Shown here one piece after another: positions 21,596-33,067 of a stretch of DNA of 64,000 bases. A program made the position numbers and the translations under genes. This stretch comes from Cyanidioschyzon merolae (lineage: Eukaryota). The stretch is from the NCBI GenBank assembly GCA_000091205.1, contig AP006493.2; one strand, 5' to 3'. The stretch's first letter is position 1. Each line of letters opens with the position of its first letter. The notes below the pieces were generated by a model. That model was not told the DNA's origin and made no database searches. It saw only the letters and a list, made by a program, of their open reading frames with translations.

Positions 21596-22382
21596 ATGTT
21601 GGTGTCGGCGTTGGTATTATTGTAATCGGTGGCATTGGTGTCGGTATCTGCGTAGTAGTCGGCGTTGGAGGTATCGTTGGCTTGACTATTATGATCGTTG
21701 GTGTTTGCGTTGGTGTTTGAATGGAAAATACCTCCTGATGACATACACGTTTCACTTCTTTGCAGATGATTGTACAAGCTGGCTGAGCGGGGCTCTTCGA
21801 CGCAACAGTTCCCTGAACTTTTCCCAGAGTAGTCTTCTGTGGTGTGCTAGGTATCCACCTATCCGAAACTGGAACCTTCCCTGATACGTCCTTCTGTGGT
21901 CCAAACACCAACGAGCACTTTTCCTCTGCTGTGAAGCTTTCAACGCACACTCGACAGATATTCTTCAGTGCATACATCTCGCACACTGTTTGGTTCTTAT
22001 AGATGCATTTCTGGTAACAGTCATTTGGAGCATGAACTGGCACGTTCCCTTTCCTCACATTTGTGTATCCTTCTGTCCTTGCATTCTTTGAAAGCCCATA
22101 CTTTTCCTTGGGCGAGGCGTTCTCGAAGTTCGAGCTCGCTGGACAAATCCAGACTTTCTTCTCACAGACTTTCACTACTGCCTCTTCAATGCAGACTTGC
22201 TCCAGACGGCAGTCTTCGATCGTGATCAAAGGCTGGCAGTAGTCCAGGTTGCGTTGGAGCGAGTTTCGTGCCGGCGAAACTTCGCTCCAAGTTTCTCGTT
22301 GGATACCATTGGTAAGCACAGCGCTGTTTAGGTACAAAAGAATGAGCAGCCAAAAGATCCCAACTGAAACAAAGCTTCTCAT
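21222..22382 (-). CDS. secreted mucin-like surface glycoprotein, N-terminal part: signal peptide, Cys-rich domain and (PTTKPPT)n repeats
   Basis: N-terminus 'MRSFVSVGIFWLLILLYLNSAVL' is a signal peptide. It is followed by a ~200-aa Cys-rich region, then ~19 copies of the 7-aa 'PTTKPPT' repeat. It overlaps the next ORF (19946..21229) in a different frame, so this is probably one gene with a real or sequencing frameshift. Confidence 0.65.
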   Translation of the reverse strand: MRSFVSVGIFWLLILLYLNSAVLTNGIQRETWSEVSPARNSLQRNLDYCQPLITIEDCRLEQVCIEEAVVKVCEKKVWICPASSNFENASPKEKYGLSKNARTEGYTNVRKGNVPVHAPNDCYQKCIYKNQTVCEMYALKNICRVCVESFTAEEKCSLVFGPQKDVSGKVPVSDRWIPSTPQKTTLGKVQGTVASKSPAQPACTIICKEVKRVCHQEVFSIQTPTQTPTIIIVKPTIPPTPTTTQIPTPMPPITIIPTPTPTLTPTTKPPTPTTKPPTPTTKPPTPTTKPPTPTTKPPTPTTKPPTPTTKPPTPTTKPPTPTTKPPTPTTKPPTPTTKPPTPTTKPPTPTTRHDNADYEAADTDYEAANADYEAANTDYGAANAND

Positions 22383-23799
22383 GGCTAACGAGCTTCTATT
22401 CTCAGAGAATGATGTACCCTTCCAAGTTCAGCAATATGTTTTCGTTATGAACTAAAATCCTGAGGTCAAAAACTCTGTGTTACCGTTGTCCACGGCCCAA
22501 GTCTATTAGGACTGAAAACAAAAAAAAAGATATGTGGTAGTGAGCGCCCCGGTGGTGAAGTAGAGACCTGCATCAGCTCGTTACCGCATAAAGTGCGGTA
22601 ATTCTCGCAACGCACGACATCGCGCGACAACGAATGAGGTATCCGCGACATGCACAGGGGTGCAACGATGAGTCTGCACCGTACGTAATGCCGATCTACG
22701 TCAAATGGATGGCTTTCGTTCCATGAAAATGATCTCATGCGCGTCGTTCATCGCACAGAATGCATCGCACAGAATGCATCGCACAGAATGCATCGCACGC
22801 GAGCGCCGGCGACGCGAATCGCGCGTGCTCCGCCTCGATGACACGTAGCTTATCGTTTTTACCGCACGCACGCTTGACCGCGAAATACCGTTGAGCAGGC
22901 CTCCGAATCGGGTGCGTATTTGACGCAAACTTGGACCGGCGCACAGATATTTGCACTTCTATCAAACCTTGCCCCTTAACTGCATTCCATCTCCAGGTGC
23001 AGAGATTCTGATGCGTTTTCGCGATTTGTAGCAGACGCGTTCGAAGTGCGATCGGTTCAAAAATAGAAAACATTGCAAAGGTACGGTATGGACACAGAAG
23101 TCGGGGATTCTGGAGGGCTCTCATCGCCAGCTGGTGGAAACAAAAGCCCCCGTCTCGTCGACCAACGCGGAATTTACGGATCTTGATCTTTGCAGCGTCG
23201 TTAGCTTGCTCTGAAACGTAGGCCCCAGCCTTTGGACAGCAAGCGAGGTTGCAGGCCGAATGCATCACTTGCGACCTGCTGTACTTTTGCCTGCCGATGT
23301 GCTGGTAGCGCCCCTCGACACTTGTTTAGAACGAAAAGCTGTGAGTGATTTCTCAGACAGTGCGCCCAAATTTTCCCTTCGCTAGGACACCGTCAATCAT
23401 AGTATAGGACTGAACGGAGCTGTTTCTATCAAAGGAATCGATATTCTATCACCAGTTTTTGGTAATAATGCTAGAAATGATAAAAATTTTAACGGAATCG
23501 CGAGCCGTCACGTAATTCACGGTTCTGTGCTCTGACCGAGGCTCGTGTACACCCGCAAAAGCTGTATGTATTTGTATCGTGATAGAATCAATCGACGTGC
23601 GATCACGTGCAAGAGGCTTCTCAGAAAATGGATTGCCGAATAGTGAATAAAGGATTCGCAATGGGGTAGCACCGGTGGCATCGCACAACCGGGATATCAA
23701 GAGAACGCCTTTCACGGAATAGAGAAAAGCTGCTGTTACGTGGTACTTTATATTGATTCACGAAATCTGCGTCACGAGAGGGAAACGTTGTCTAGTTTC

Positions 23800-24065
23800 A
23801 TGGAAGCCAATTCCTCGAGCCGACGCCCTCTGTGTGCTACGGCAACGCCGTTCTGTCTCCGTGCAGCGACCGCACCCGCGCTATAGGCGCCATTGCTGTC
23901 GCTTTCGGCAGGCTCGGCACAACATAGGACGTATGAAACGACCAGAATATCCGAGAAGAAGTAAAGGTAATGTAACTTGGAGGCAGGGCATTTGGCGGAT
24001 ACCTCATCGCGCACTGAATAAAACACAAAAAAGTAAGAAAAGAAAAAAGCGCAGAGTCGGAGAAC
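23800..24065 (+). mobile_element. 5'-truncated copy of the LINE 3' end (3'UTR plus A-rich tail)
   Basis: The reverse complement of 8990-9250 aligns here. Shared blocks are 'gagacagaacggcgttgccgta.cacagagggcgtc.gctcgagg', 'tcggatattctggtcgtttcatacgtcctat' and a T/A-rich tail ('aaaacacaaaaaagtaagaaaagaaaaaag' on + at 24030-24060). This explains the shared 'RIFWSFHTSY' peptide in ORFs 8996..9187 and 23837..24028. Confidence 0.7.
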
Positions 24066-24624
24066 GCTGGCCTATGTCAACATCTTGTTAATTTAAAAAA
24101 ATAGAAGCCGATTCCACGGAAATATGAAAAGAAAAATTACGTATGTAGTTACACGTGCACCGACGGGTAAATTGAAATCGAGAAGAAACCGTGAATCTCC
24201 TAGGACGTATGTGGCGGAACAGATGCATCCCGAGGCGAGTTCGTTGCTGGATGAGTCTTGCGTAGGTGACATGTAATGGACCAGCCCCGAAATGCGACGG
24301 AGGACCTCGGTGCAGCTAGCACTCGCTTGTTAGGTTACGTCCAAAAACTGGTGAACTAGCTGAAACTTGCATTAGCAGTAGTCTAGGCAAAAGGCATGAC
24401 AAATCATAATGCGGAACGTAAGTGTTTCTCAGATTTATCCATTTGAAATATATAGCACTACATAAGGGTTACCAAGAGATGCGCCTTCGAGTCTTCGAAA
24501 GTATCCTCATTTCGCTGCAAGTTTCAAACCGAAGACTGCATCCATTCAGGTCGTTTGCTGCTTTACATGGCAGCAAGGACATGAGTTCATTGCGAAAAGC
24601 GTAAGATAGACATGCAAACATCCA

Positions 24625-25701
24625 CTATATGAGAGTGACGATGGAGCTCACCGCGCTCAAGGGCGCCGACGGCGAGGCTACCGAAATCGATGGGCTTGTG
24701 CTCGGTGAGACGGAGGAGCTTATAGAGGTCGTCGCGCTCACGGACACCGACGGCGAAGCTACCGAAATCGATGAACTTGTGCTCGGTGAGACAGAGGAGC
24801 TTATAGAGGTCGTCGCGCTCACGGACACCGACGGCGACGCTACCGAAATCGATGGGCTTGTGCTCGGTGAGACGGAGGAGCTTACGGAGGCCGTCGCGCT
24901 CACGGACACCGACGGCGAAGCTACCGAAATCGATGGGCTTGTGCTCGGTGAGACAGAAGTGCTTATGGAGATAGTCGCGCTCACAGTCGCCGATGGCGAA
25001 ACGCTTCTTGACACTGTTGCTGACGGAGAGGCAGATGGTAGCAGTGTAGGCTGCACAGTCGGAGTCGGAAGGAAAGTGCCGATGATTACGTTCCTGCATT
25101 GCTTTCCGCTGAACAGACATTCATACTGACAGTTTCCATTTTGCTGTTGATACGACTGCCCCCAGCGCTTTGATACCGGATCGGAACCATCCAATGTCCG
25201 TTGAACCACAGTATCGCAAACTTCCACAAGCTCGTAATTCGTCCTGCATGCTGTGCACACATTTGCCGTGCGATACTCTACACAGGTTTGCTCGCCGAAA
25301 GACAAGCAGTCACCACATCCGCTATATTGATTTTGCCTCCAACGCAGCACCTTGAAATCTTTCGAGTCGAATCCCGCCAAACCCTGATTTTCTTTGGTAG
25401 CTTCACGGCCGAGCGTCTGGCTGCCGTGACCACTGCCAATCTCAGCAGAGGAGCGTAGCGTACATGCCGTGCCTGTGAGAGAACAGCTTCCGTTGACAAT
25501 CACTTTCGTGCATACGTTCTGCAGGGTGCAGTTATGCAGCGAAGAAGACGAGGGGCACACATAAACACTGTTTCCACCGCTCGTATACCAACGCCTTTCC
25601 GCTGGCCTCGCTGCTAGTACAGAGTCCACTCGCACTGCGTTCGTGAACAGAAGGAGCAACAAAACCGCCAAGGAATGTGTACGGAGCGCGTTATGAATCA
25701 T
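24625..25701 (-). CDS. secreted Ser-rich repetitive cell-surface protein (signal peptide, Cys-rich domain, S/P/T/V 28-aa repeats, hydrophobic C-terminus, possible GPI anchor)
   Basis: N-terminus 'MIHNALRTHSLAVLLLLLFTNAVRVDSVLA', then a ~200-aa Cys-rich region, then 4-5 copies of 'SVSPSTSPSISVASPSVSVSATTSISSS'. It ends '...SAVSSIVTLI'. Confidence 0.65.
   Translation of the reverse strand: MIHNALRTHSLAVLLLLLFTNAVRVDSVLAARPAERRWYTSGGNSVYVCPSSSSLHNCTLQNVCTKVIVNGSCSLTGTACTLRSSAEIGSGHGSQTLGREATKENQGLAGFDSKDFKVLRWRQNQYSGCGDCLSFGEQTCVEYRTANVCTACRTNYELVEVCDTVVQRTLDGSDPVSKRWGQSYQQQNGNCQYECLFSGKQCRNVIIGTFLPTPTVQPTLLPSASPSATVSRSVSPSATVSATISISTSVSPSTSPSISVASPSVSVSATASVSSSVSPSTSPSISVASPSVSVSATTSISSSVSPSTSSSISVASPSVSVSATTSISSSVSPSTSPSISVASPSAPLSAVSSIVTLI
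24650..25010. repeat. tandem repeat, 84-bp unit, ~4.3 copies (coding)
   Basis: The antisense + strand ORF shows the matching 28-aa periodicity 'LTDTDGEATEIDGLVLGETEELIEVVA'. Confidence 0.85.
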
Positions 25702-26707
25702 CCTGTATAGCCCCCTTGAGGTTGTTGAAGAACAACAATATTATTTTGAATATTTCCGGACGAAATTCTTTTTTGAGTGCTATGCACGGGGATGATGCAC
25801 GGATTCGCGCATCTGCGGACAGCGATTTTCCCGCCAACTTCAATTTCGCGAACGATTGATTACGTTCGCGCCAAATCGAACCGCTGCGCACCATACGATT
25901 GCGACGCTCGTATCCTTAAACATGCTGGAACGCTAGTCGCGCAAGCTCAGCTTTCCCGGGCAGTTATGCGAATTAAAACAGTTCCGACACGCTTTGGATA
26001 GAGTACCATTAGTCTTGTCACGTTGCAATAACGACTTGAGGCGTAAAACATGGATCATTGTAGCGGGGTGCTACCCTCGAGCGTCGGCGCCAGAGTAAGC
26101 CTCTGATCCTGAATAGGGTGTACAAGAGAAGATGCGAGCTCGCAAGTGCGAAGTAGCCAGTTCTATTGCACGTCGCAGATGCGTCCAGCGTGTGCGAATT
26201 GTCGATCGGGCAAGAGGGCAGGCGTCATAGCGACCGCATACGGATATTCGAAATCTATAGGGCATCGGTTCCGACCTGCTTTGGTATATAGATATTTTGA
26301 ACTTCTGCATGTACGTTATTTGGCGTATACACTGAAGACTTCTGTCGTGGAAAATTTTAAACCTCGTACGCTTAGGCTTGCGTCTCTCAAATCGGTGTGG
26401 CGAGGTGAAGGCCTCAAATAAATGTAGGTTTACGCATTCTTTTGCTCAACAAGGACCTGGCATCCAAATCATTAATTTCATATATTGAGAAATTTCTCAG
26501 AGAATGTATGTGAACGCCTCGCCCTATTGCCTTAAAAGACAGCTATTTGGCGACATGTCGTATGCGTGTTAACGAGGCGCTGAATATTGACAGCGCAAGA
26601 TCGCCTGCCAGAGCACCACAGGACTCTAGATATCCGAATCTAAAGTGCAATTTCTACTCAGTATAAAGAGCATTGGTGCAGTCTCTAAAGAAACTAGTTA
26701 TGATGGA

Positions 26708-29700
26708 GCACTAAGCTGTTCGACATGTTTCTATCTCTCCATTTCCTCCTGAAAATTTATAGATACACATCCTAGACGTTCAAAGTCCAATAATAAGGAA
26801 TTTCGGATTCACGGTCCGTTCTCCGACTCTAGGTTGTCGTTTCGCAATGGCTCGTTCAATGCTTCACAACTGCAGTTCGTTACGTCTCTGGAATCAAGAC
26901 GAAATGCGGCGTCCTAAAAAAAGATTTCAAAAAAATATTCGATATCACCGTCCTGTTCGTGTGAGCGACCCCCACGCTCCTCCTTTCCTTACGTCTATCA
27001 CGCTCGAATCACGTATTCTTCGAGTTTTCGTCATTTCAGTCGCGACGCAACTCGTAGGCGCAACGATTCGCGCTGCTGACCCGACGAGAAAAGGAGCGCG
27101 GCGCCATCCCTTGGTGACTTCTCCACACGCTCCCGCCGAAAGCTCAATGAGCTCGTCACGTTAAGCAATCGATCCCGCCCGAAAGACAATTCCAGCCCGC
27201 TCCGTGGCCATCGAAGAGAAGGGACCCGAAATCAGCAGCAGCAGCAGGAGCAGCAGCACCACCACCACAACCACATTCCCGCCCGTGGGATCCGCTCCCA
27301 GAGGCTCGCGTCTCTTCTGTTCGCATGGGAAAGGGTGCTGGACGCGGACTGCAGTCATCGCAGCGATGGATTCCGGTGGCAAGTGCGTCATCGCTTAGCG
27401 GCACGGCAGGAGCGCCGACGGATCGACGTTTCTACGCTGCGTCGCGAATCTGGAGTTCCACTCCAGCCACTGCGTGTTTCATCATAGACAGCAACGCGTT
27501 CCACGAATTCCCTTCTATTCGGCAAACAGCAAAGAGCGGGCATTGGTCATCCTGCACACGCACACACCAGCTTATGCTCTGTGTTTCAAACCGATGGAGA
27601 ACGGTTGCGGGGCCGTCAAACGCAGCCTCAGAGAGGCCGATGCACGCTTCGGGATAACGCGGCTCGCTCTCGACACGAACTGATGCCCGGTGCTCTAGGA
27701 ACTGCCGTTCAGACCAATGGACCTGTTGGAGTTTGTATAGGGAAACTCGCTGACGATTGCGGTTCGTGGAATTCCGAAGTCGTACGAAGAGAAAAACAAG
27801 GTATAAATACTTTAGTTATACGGCATGCTTATCGACGGAGGCACACAACCGCCGCACACGAGAGGTCTCAGAGAAACGACTGTGTAGTTAGACGAAAATC
27901 GTCCAAGAGCGTAACGAAAAGAGATGCGTACCGCTTCCAGACGAGCTCGCCAGTCTCGGACGGGGCGGTTTCCTGAACGGAACGCTTCGCTTGGGTGTGT
28001 TCACGGACGAGGAGCGGCGCTCATCGTTACTGCCGGAAACGGCGGTCGTTCAGTGCCAGCTTGGAACGTGCGTGCTCCCACCGGAACACGTGGCACGCGA
28101 CATGTACCTGGTGGTTCTTTGCAGCAAGCTCCGGCGACACGCTTGCCTCAAACTCAAGTCCGCGTGCTTCGAGTGTGCCGAGGTCTTTGGAAACGTCCAG
28201 CACTTTGTAGAAGCGCAGCTGACACCGATAAGCTTTTCGTCCTAGTTGTCCCCGAGTGCGCACCAGGCAGACTTGACCCGCAACTAGCCTTCATCGGCGA
28301 CGCACGGACGTCGGCTCCCAAGCTGGACAGCATTGGGAGCGTCGAGGGCCTCTCTCGCTTGGTGACTCAAAGCGCCCCAGATAATACGAATGGGTACGGG
28401 GAATGATACGCACAGTGACGCTGAGAAGGGTGAGCATACACCTCCACCGGCACGTGAAAGATTCTATGGGGTGGAGGCGAAAGTGCGACGACTCGGCGAC
28501 CGGCATGGGCGGTATGAAGGAGCTCTTCATGACCGACGCTTCGTTGCAGCCAGTCGGCTCGAAGGATTGCGAGACCATGATGAATGTCCGTCATCTGGCC
28601 CTTCGCGACGAGGACGTTGTCTCGAAGATGGACCTGTCGCACGCGACTAACGCACCCACGAATGCGATGGCGCGTCTGCACCCAGCGTGCCGGTCCAGAG
28701 CCTCCGTCAGGGGAGGAGTACGCGGCTTTTACGAACGCACGTCTCCGTGGCTCGTGCCACTGCCAGCAAGCACACTTTTTCGCTTTGTCGTGGATCGTGA
28801 CGCCGCGCGAGGGTTACGCAGATGCGTCCGATGGAGAACAAGTGTGTCGAGGAAGAGGAAGAGAGGCTGATCGCTAGGTGCAAGCCCAGACAGCGAACTA
28901 TGCGCCCGCACCCGAAGATTCGAGGAAACTCATGAACCGCTTGACGAGCGAGAAGCGACGGAGCGCGCAGGAGGGCGCGGAGGCGAAGGGAGACCGGAGG
29001 AACCGGAGCTTCGCGCTTCCAACAGGAGAAGTAGAGTCGTCGTTCGCTTCCGATAGCGCGAGCGTGTCCATCGCCGTCAAGCGCGAACGCTCTATACGAT
29101 TGAAGAATCGTCAGGGCGCCGATGCACCCTGGTTAGAGGGGAAAATGTGCGGATGAACAACGAACAACTGGGATGCGCGGCGGCGCGAACTTGCTCCCCA
29201 ATGCGATCGGCCTCAACTTGGACCCAAAGAGATCGGGTTCCTGAACCTTCACGATGATTGCGAGATCCGAAGGGATGCCCGACTTGCCTGTGGTCACCGA
29301 CGACGCACTGGAGCCGCGAGTCTCGAACACGCCGATTCCCGCTCAAAGTCGTAGCTTGGACTCGAGTACCTCATATGTTCGCCTAAGCGGACGGTGAGCG
29401 AGTGAGGCACTCGTCCGACGCGCAAACGAGTGAGACAGGAGAGAGTCCCAGTAGCCTTGGCGGCATTATCACAAGCAGGTGGCACAATCGGACCTGATGG
29501 CCCGTCACGCTCATCTGCACAGTTTGTGGGAAGGGAACGCAGGAAAGCAAGAGCGCACAAGGAATCGGTTGTTGAGGTACCGAATGGAATAGCGTGCGCT
29601 TGCGAGTGCAGCGGGCAGCGCACGCGCACAAGAAGTCGTCCAGAAGAGCAAGTGCATGATCACGGGGCACAGCACTGGGCGCGAAAACGGAGCAAGGCAT

Positions 29701-30100
29701 CGCGTAGAGCCTTCTGTACCCGTCAACGACAGCTACGGAGGGATGCAGCAAGCGCTCGCATGCTGCAGGTCGGCTCCCAGGGAATGCGAGCTCGTGAACA
29801 CATACGGGAATATCTGAACACAATCAGGTTAACCGCTTTGAAGCGCGCACCAGCACTGAATTCTAGGAAACGAAGAAAACGGCAAGCGATCCGTAAATCG
29901 CAACCTCCGCCTGCACATCGAATACGCAGGCAACTGCCGGAACCTGTGAAACTGCGACCCCAACGCCGCGATTAGCATCCCTCGACAGCCTACAACAGTG
30001 CTGGAAAGAAAGTAGCGACCGGCGTGTTCCAGCCCGGAGCTAAGAGAGAGGAAAAGCGATCAGCCGCAGCAAAAGCTCCCATGGGATGGCTTTCATGACT
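26708..30100. repeat. inverted-repeat arm B (~3.39 kb), reverse complement of 15905..19293
   Basis: See arm A. The mirrored ORF set (26847..27164, 27156..27404, 27924..28406, 29430..29975 and others) matches it. Microsatellite at ~27232-27290. Confidence 0.9.
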
Positions 30101-30645
30101 GAGGGAAGAGATGCGAGCTTTGCAGAGCTAGCCCTAGCTGGCTGGTCCGTTCCATTTCTGTCTAGTTTTGGAAGTAGCAAGTCGGTGGAGCGCTAGGGAT
30201 CAGAGTTCGCCAGAGTGACCGCCTCCAGAGATGCAGAAACGCCGACCTTTAACTTGTTCTTGGTGTTGCTTAAAGGAATGTTTCACCTAATCCGGATTAT
30301 ACACGATATCATGACTGCTTGATAGCAAGAACGCCAGTGCATTCCCTACCGCATTACACGTGGGGTTTCTCGGTGGTGTTGGAGAAGCAGTCTACCGATG
30401 AAGGCGGACCTCATTGCGACTAGATTCTTATCGTAACGGAATGACAATTTTCTCATATCTTTCGCTGATCGTACATCATGAAGAGAAGCAAAATAAGATG
30501 AAAACTTCCGCAGAAGCACATAGATGACGGATACCATGAAGGAAATAACCGCACGAAAAATGACGCATGCGGGCGGCGTCACCCGTGCCAGCGCGCCCCC
30601 GGCATCGCGCCTTCGACATGGAGCGATTCTCTCCACGGTTGGACG

Positions 30646-31671
30646 TTGAGGTATGCCTTTCGTGTCATCACGAGACATCAATCCTCAATGAAACTCGGCT
30701 ACCTTACTAGATTTGCGGCCCAGCCTTCGATCGGCACGGAGTACAAGGAACTGCCTCTCTACCTTTTTGCGCTGGTGGGCGTTATTGTAGTGCTTTTGGC
30801 TGGTGCGCAACTACTGCGCTTCCTTTACCGCCACCTGCTTCGAAGGCCCTCGCGCCTTGCCGACAAGTTTCGTGGGGATTGGGCCTTCATCACAGGAGCG
30901 TCCTACGGAGTAGGTGCAGGTTTTGCTAGAGAGTGTGCGCGTCGTGGTCTCAATCTTGTTCTGTTGGCACGCTCAGCAGAGAAGCTAGCGGCTGTTGCAG
31001 CGGACTGCGAACAGCACGGCGTTGCTGTTCGCGTGGTGGCTTTCGACCTGGCCCAGGCTTCAGAAGCGGAATGGAACGAACTCTTTGAAGGTATTTGTGA
31101 TTTGGAGATATCTGTCCTTATCAATAACGCTGGTGTCAACCTAGAGTTTCCTACGGAGTTTATCGATATGGACGAGGCAGCCATCGAGCGGATCGTGCGC
31201 GTGAACATTTGCGCTATGAACAAAATCACACGAAGACTACTACCGAAAATGATTGAACGGAAGAAGGGATGCCTCATATTTTTGTCTTCGGCCGGAGGTG
31301 CTGTAGTTCCCTGTCCGTTGCTCTCCGTGTACGGCGGCACAAAGGCGTACATCGATGCATTCGCCGTTGCGTTGTCTGGTGAAGTCCGTCGGCACAAGAT
31401 TGCGGTTCTGTCCCTGACACCATTTTGGATTACCAGCGAGATGAGCAAGATACGACGCGCCAACTGGATGGTGCCCTCCGCGGACGCGTTCGCACGGCTC
31501 GCTTTGGATCGTCTTGGATTGGAGCTGCGCTCGAATCCGCACTGGGCACATGAGCTCATAGCCTTGGGCTTAAAAGCCACCCGCAGCCTGCCCGCACAGG
31601 TTGCATATGTTGAACGTTTGCATCGGCGTATACGAGAGCGAGCCTTGCGCAAACTTAAGCGACAGCAATGA
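30646..31671 (+). CDS. very-long-chain 3-oxoacyl-CoA reductase (KAR / 17beta-HSD12-like short-chain dehydrogenase)
   Basis: N-terminal TM helix. Rossmann fold 'AFITGASYGVGAGFA', 'NNAGV' and catalytic 'YGGTKAYIDAF' (YxxxK). ~340 aa, typical for the KAR family. The start may be the internal Met at 30688 ('MKLGY'). Confidence 0.75.
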   Translation: MRYAFRVITRHQSSMKLGYLTRFAAQPSIGTEYKELPLYLFALVGVIVVLLAGAQLLRFLYRHLLRRPSRLADKFRGDWAFITGASYGVGAGFARECARRGLNLVLLARSAEKLAAVAADCEQHGVAVRVVAFDLAQASEAEWNELFEGICDLEISVLINNAGVNLEFPTEFIDMDEAAIERIVRVNICAMNKITRRLLPKMIERKKGCLIFLSSAGGAVVPCPLLSVYGGTKAYIDAFAVALSGEVRRHKIAVLSLTPFWITSEMSKIRRANWMVPSADAFARLALDRLGLELRSNPHWAHELIALGLKATRSLPAQVAYVERLHRRIRERALRKLKRQQ

Positions 31672-33067
31672 AACCGGGTAAATCCGTTCTTCTATAGAAG
31701 TCTCTGCTCCGATCGGACGAACCGTCCGAGCGCTGCGCAACGTGTGTATACCGTATTATGGCAGGTCAGCAGCCTTTCCAGCAACGCCTTCTCAGATACG
31801 AACATAGTTCGTTACGAATCAAATCCACGGCGCTCAACTAAAAGTGCCGATGATCAGATTTGGTTTAGATTTTAGAGTCCGGAGAAAGAGGTATTGGCCT
31901 TCGAGAAGAGAACTATGACGGCAGTGGTGCTGCTTCACTGGACACGACGCATACACAGACGATCGCAGCACGTACAGCATGCACTGGACTAGTGAAGCGT
32001 TCGCCTCAAAGCGTATTTGCAGCCATTTGCAGGCGGAATGGAAAGCGCATCACACAGCAAAGGTGCCAAAACTAAGAAACCAGTTCGCGCGTGCAATGTG
32101 CAGCTCGTCAAGCGACCCACGAGCGCATGCCATTAGGATATTATCACGAATTCTCGTGGCTGGACTTGAGCATTACTTAACAGGAAGGACTGCCCGCTCG
32201 TCTACAGAACCGTCTGATCGGCACGCACGCTCTGTAGAAAAGCAACAACAGCACAATGGTGAATTAGAAAACGCTACACGAATAGCACAAGCAAAATATT
32301 CTATGGTGCGAGATCGATGAATCTCTACAGGTTACCTAAACCGAGGTAGTTGCTGGCGGCAACCCGAGAAACGCGCACGGAGCTCGTTTGTTTGCCCGTT
32401 ACGACGCATTCGCCGCGTGCCCCGCACCAAACATACCCTTTTCTCTTCCTGCCTCCGGTGCAACGAAGAACCTCCCTTTGGGAATTGCTCCCAAGCGACG
32501 CTCAACCTGAAAAATGACAAAGGTGCGTCATCCAAAGTCCAAGCGAGACTGCAGTAATAAGGGATCATGCCGAATGACCAAGTCTGGAAGACGTCTTCCG
32601 GAACGGAAACCCGTATTCGGTGTGCATGAGACTTTGCGATCTCAAATGCTTGCCACTTCGTGTCTTTCTTTCCAAAATAAGTCACTCCAGGACCAGATGT
32701 ATGAGAGGTTGACCATGTAACATCAGATGCAGGTGCAAATCTGCAGGAAGATAATCTGTTATTCAAGTTCAATGGTTTGAACAAGCTTTTCCGCGGATCT
32801 ACAAGCGCTACGGGAAAAAATCGAGTCCAGGCGATGCGGCGTTTCGCTGCAGTCGAGCACCGGCCCAGGTGATCTTAAAATTAGCCTCTCGAACGGGCTT
32901 CGTAGCGCTCCGTGGCTTCGTCAACGCTGCTTCGTGCTGGAACGGCGCACGAGTCCTTTTTCTTCGTTCTGTCTGCGTTGCGATAGACCGATGCGGGAAT
33001 GTCTCGAGCGCGGTCATAGCTGGCCTGTATTCTCGTCACGCTCAGCGCTGGGCGCGGTTCCAGAAAG

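Noticed and set aside
20243-21720. Long + strand ORFs (362 aa W/R/C-rich 'LWCVLMWWWCWRLRLRWCW...'; 133 aa 'VGVGGLVVGVGG...'; 141 aa 'RRLSSRRRRLSS...')
   Set aside because: They are the antisense frames of the 213/219-bp and 21-bp coding satellites of the minus-strand mucin-like gene. Their periodic composition is dictated by the repeat, and there is no signal peptide or domain logic.
19990-25010. Regularly spaced direct repeats, superficially reminiscent of a CRISPR array
   Set aside because: This is a eukaryotic context. Units are 21, 84 and 213-219 bp, contiguous with no unique spacers, and in-frame coding for Pro/Thr/Ser/Gly-rich protein repeats. They are minisatellites within glycoprotein genes.
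24629-25129. 166-aa + strand acidic repeat ORF ('LTDTDGEATEIDGLVLGETEELIEVVA' x4)
   Set aside because: It is antisense to the 84-bp repeat of the Ser-rich secreted protein gene (24625-25701, minus), which has the signal peptide and the Cys-rich domain. The plus ORF has no N-terminal context.
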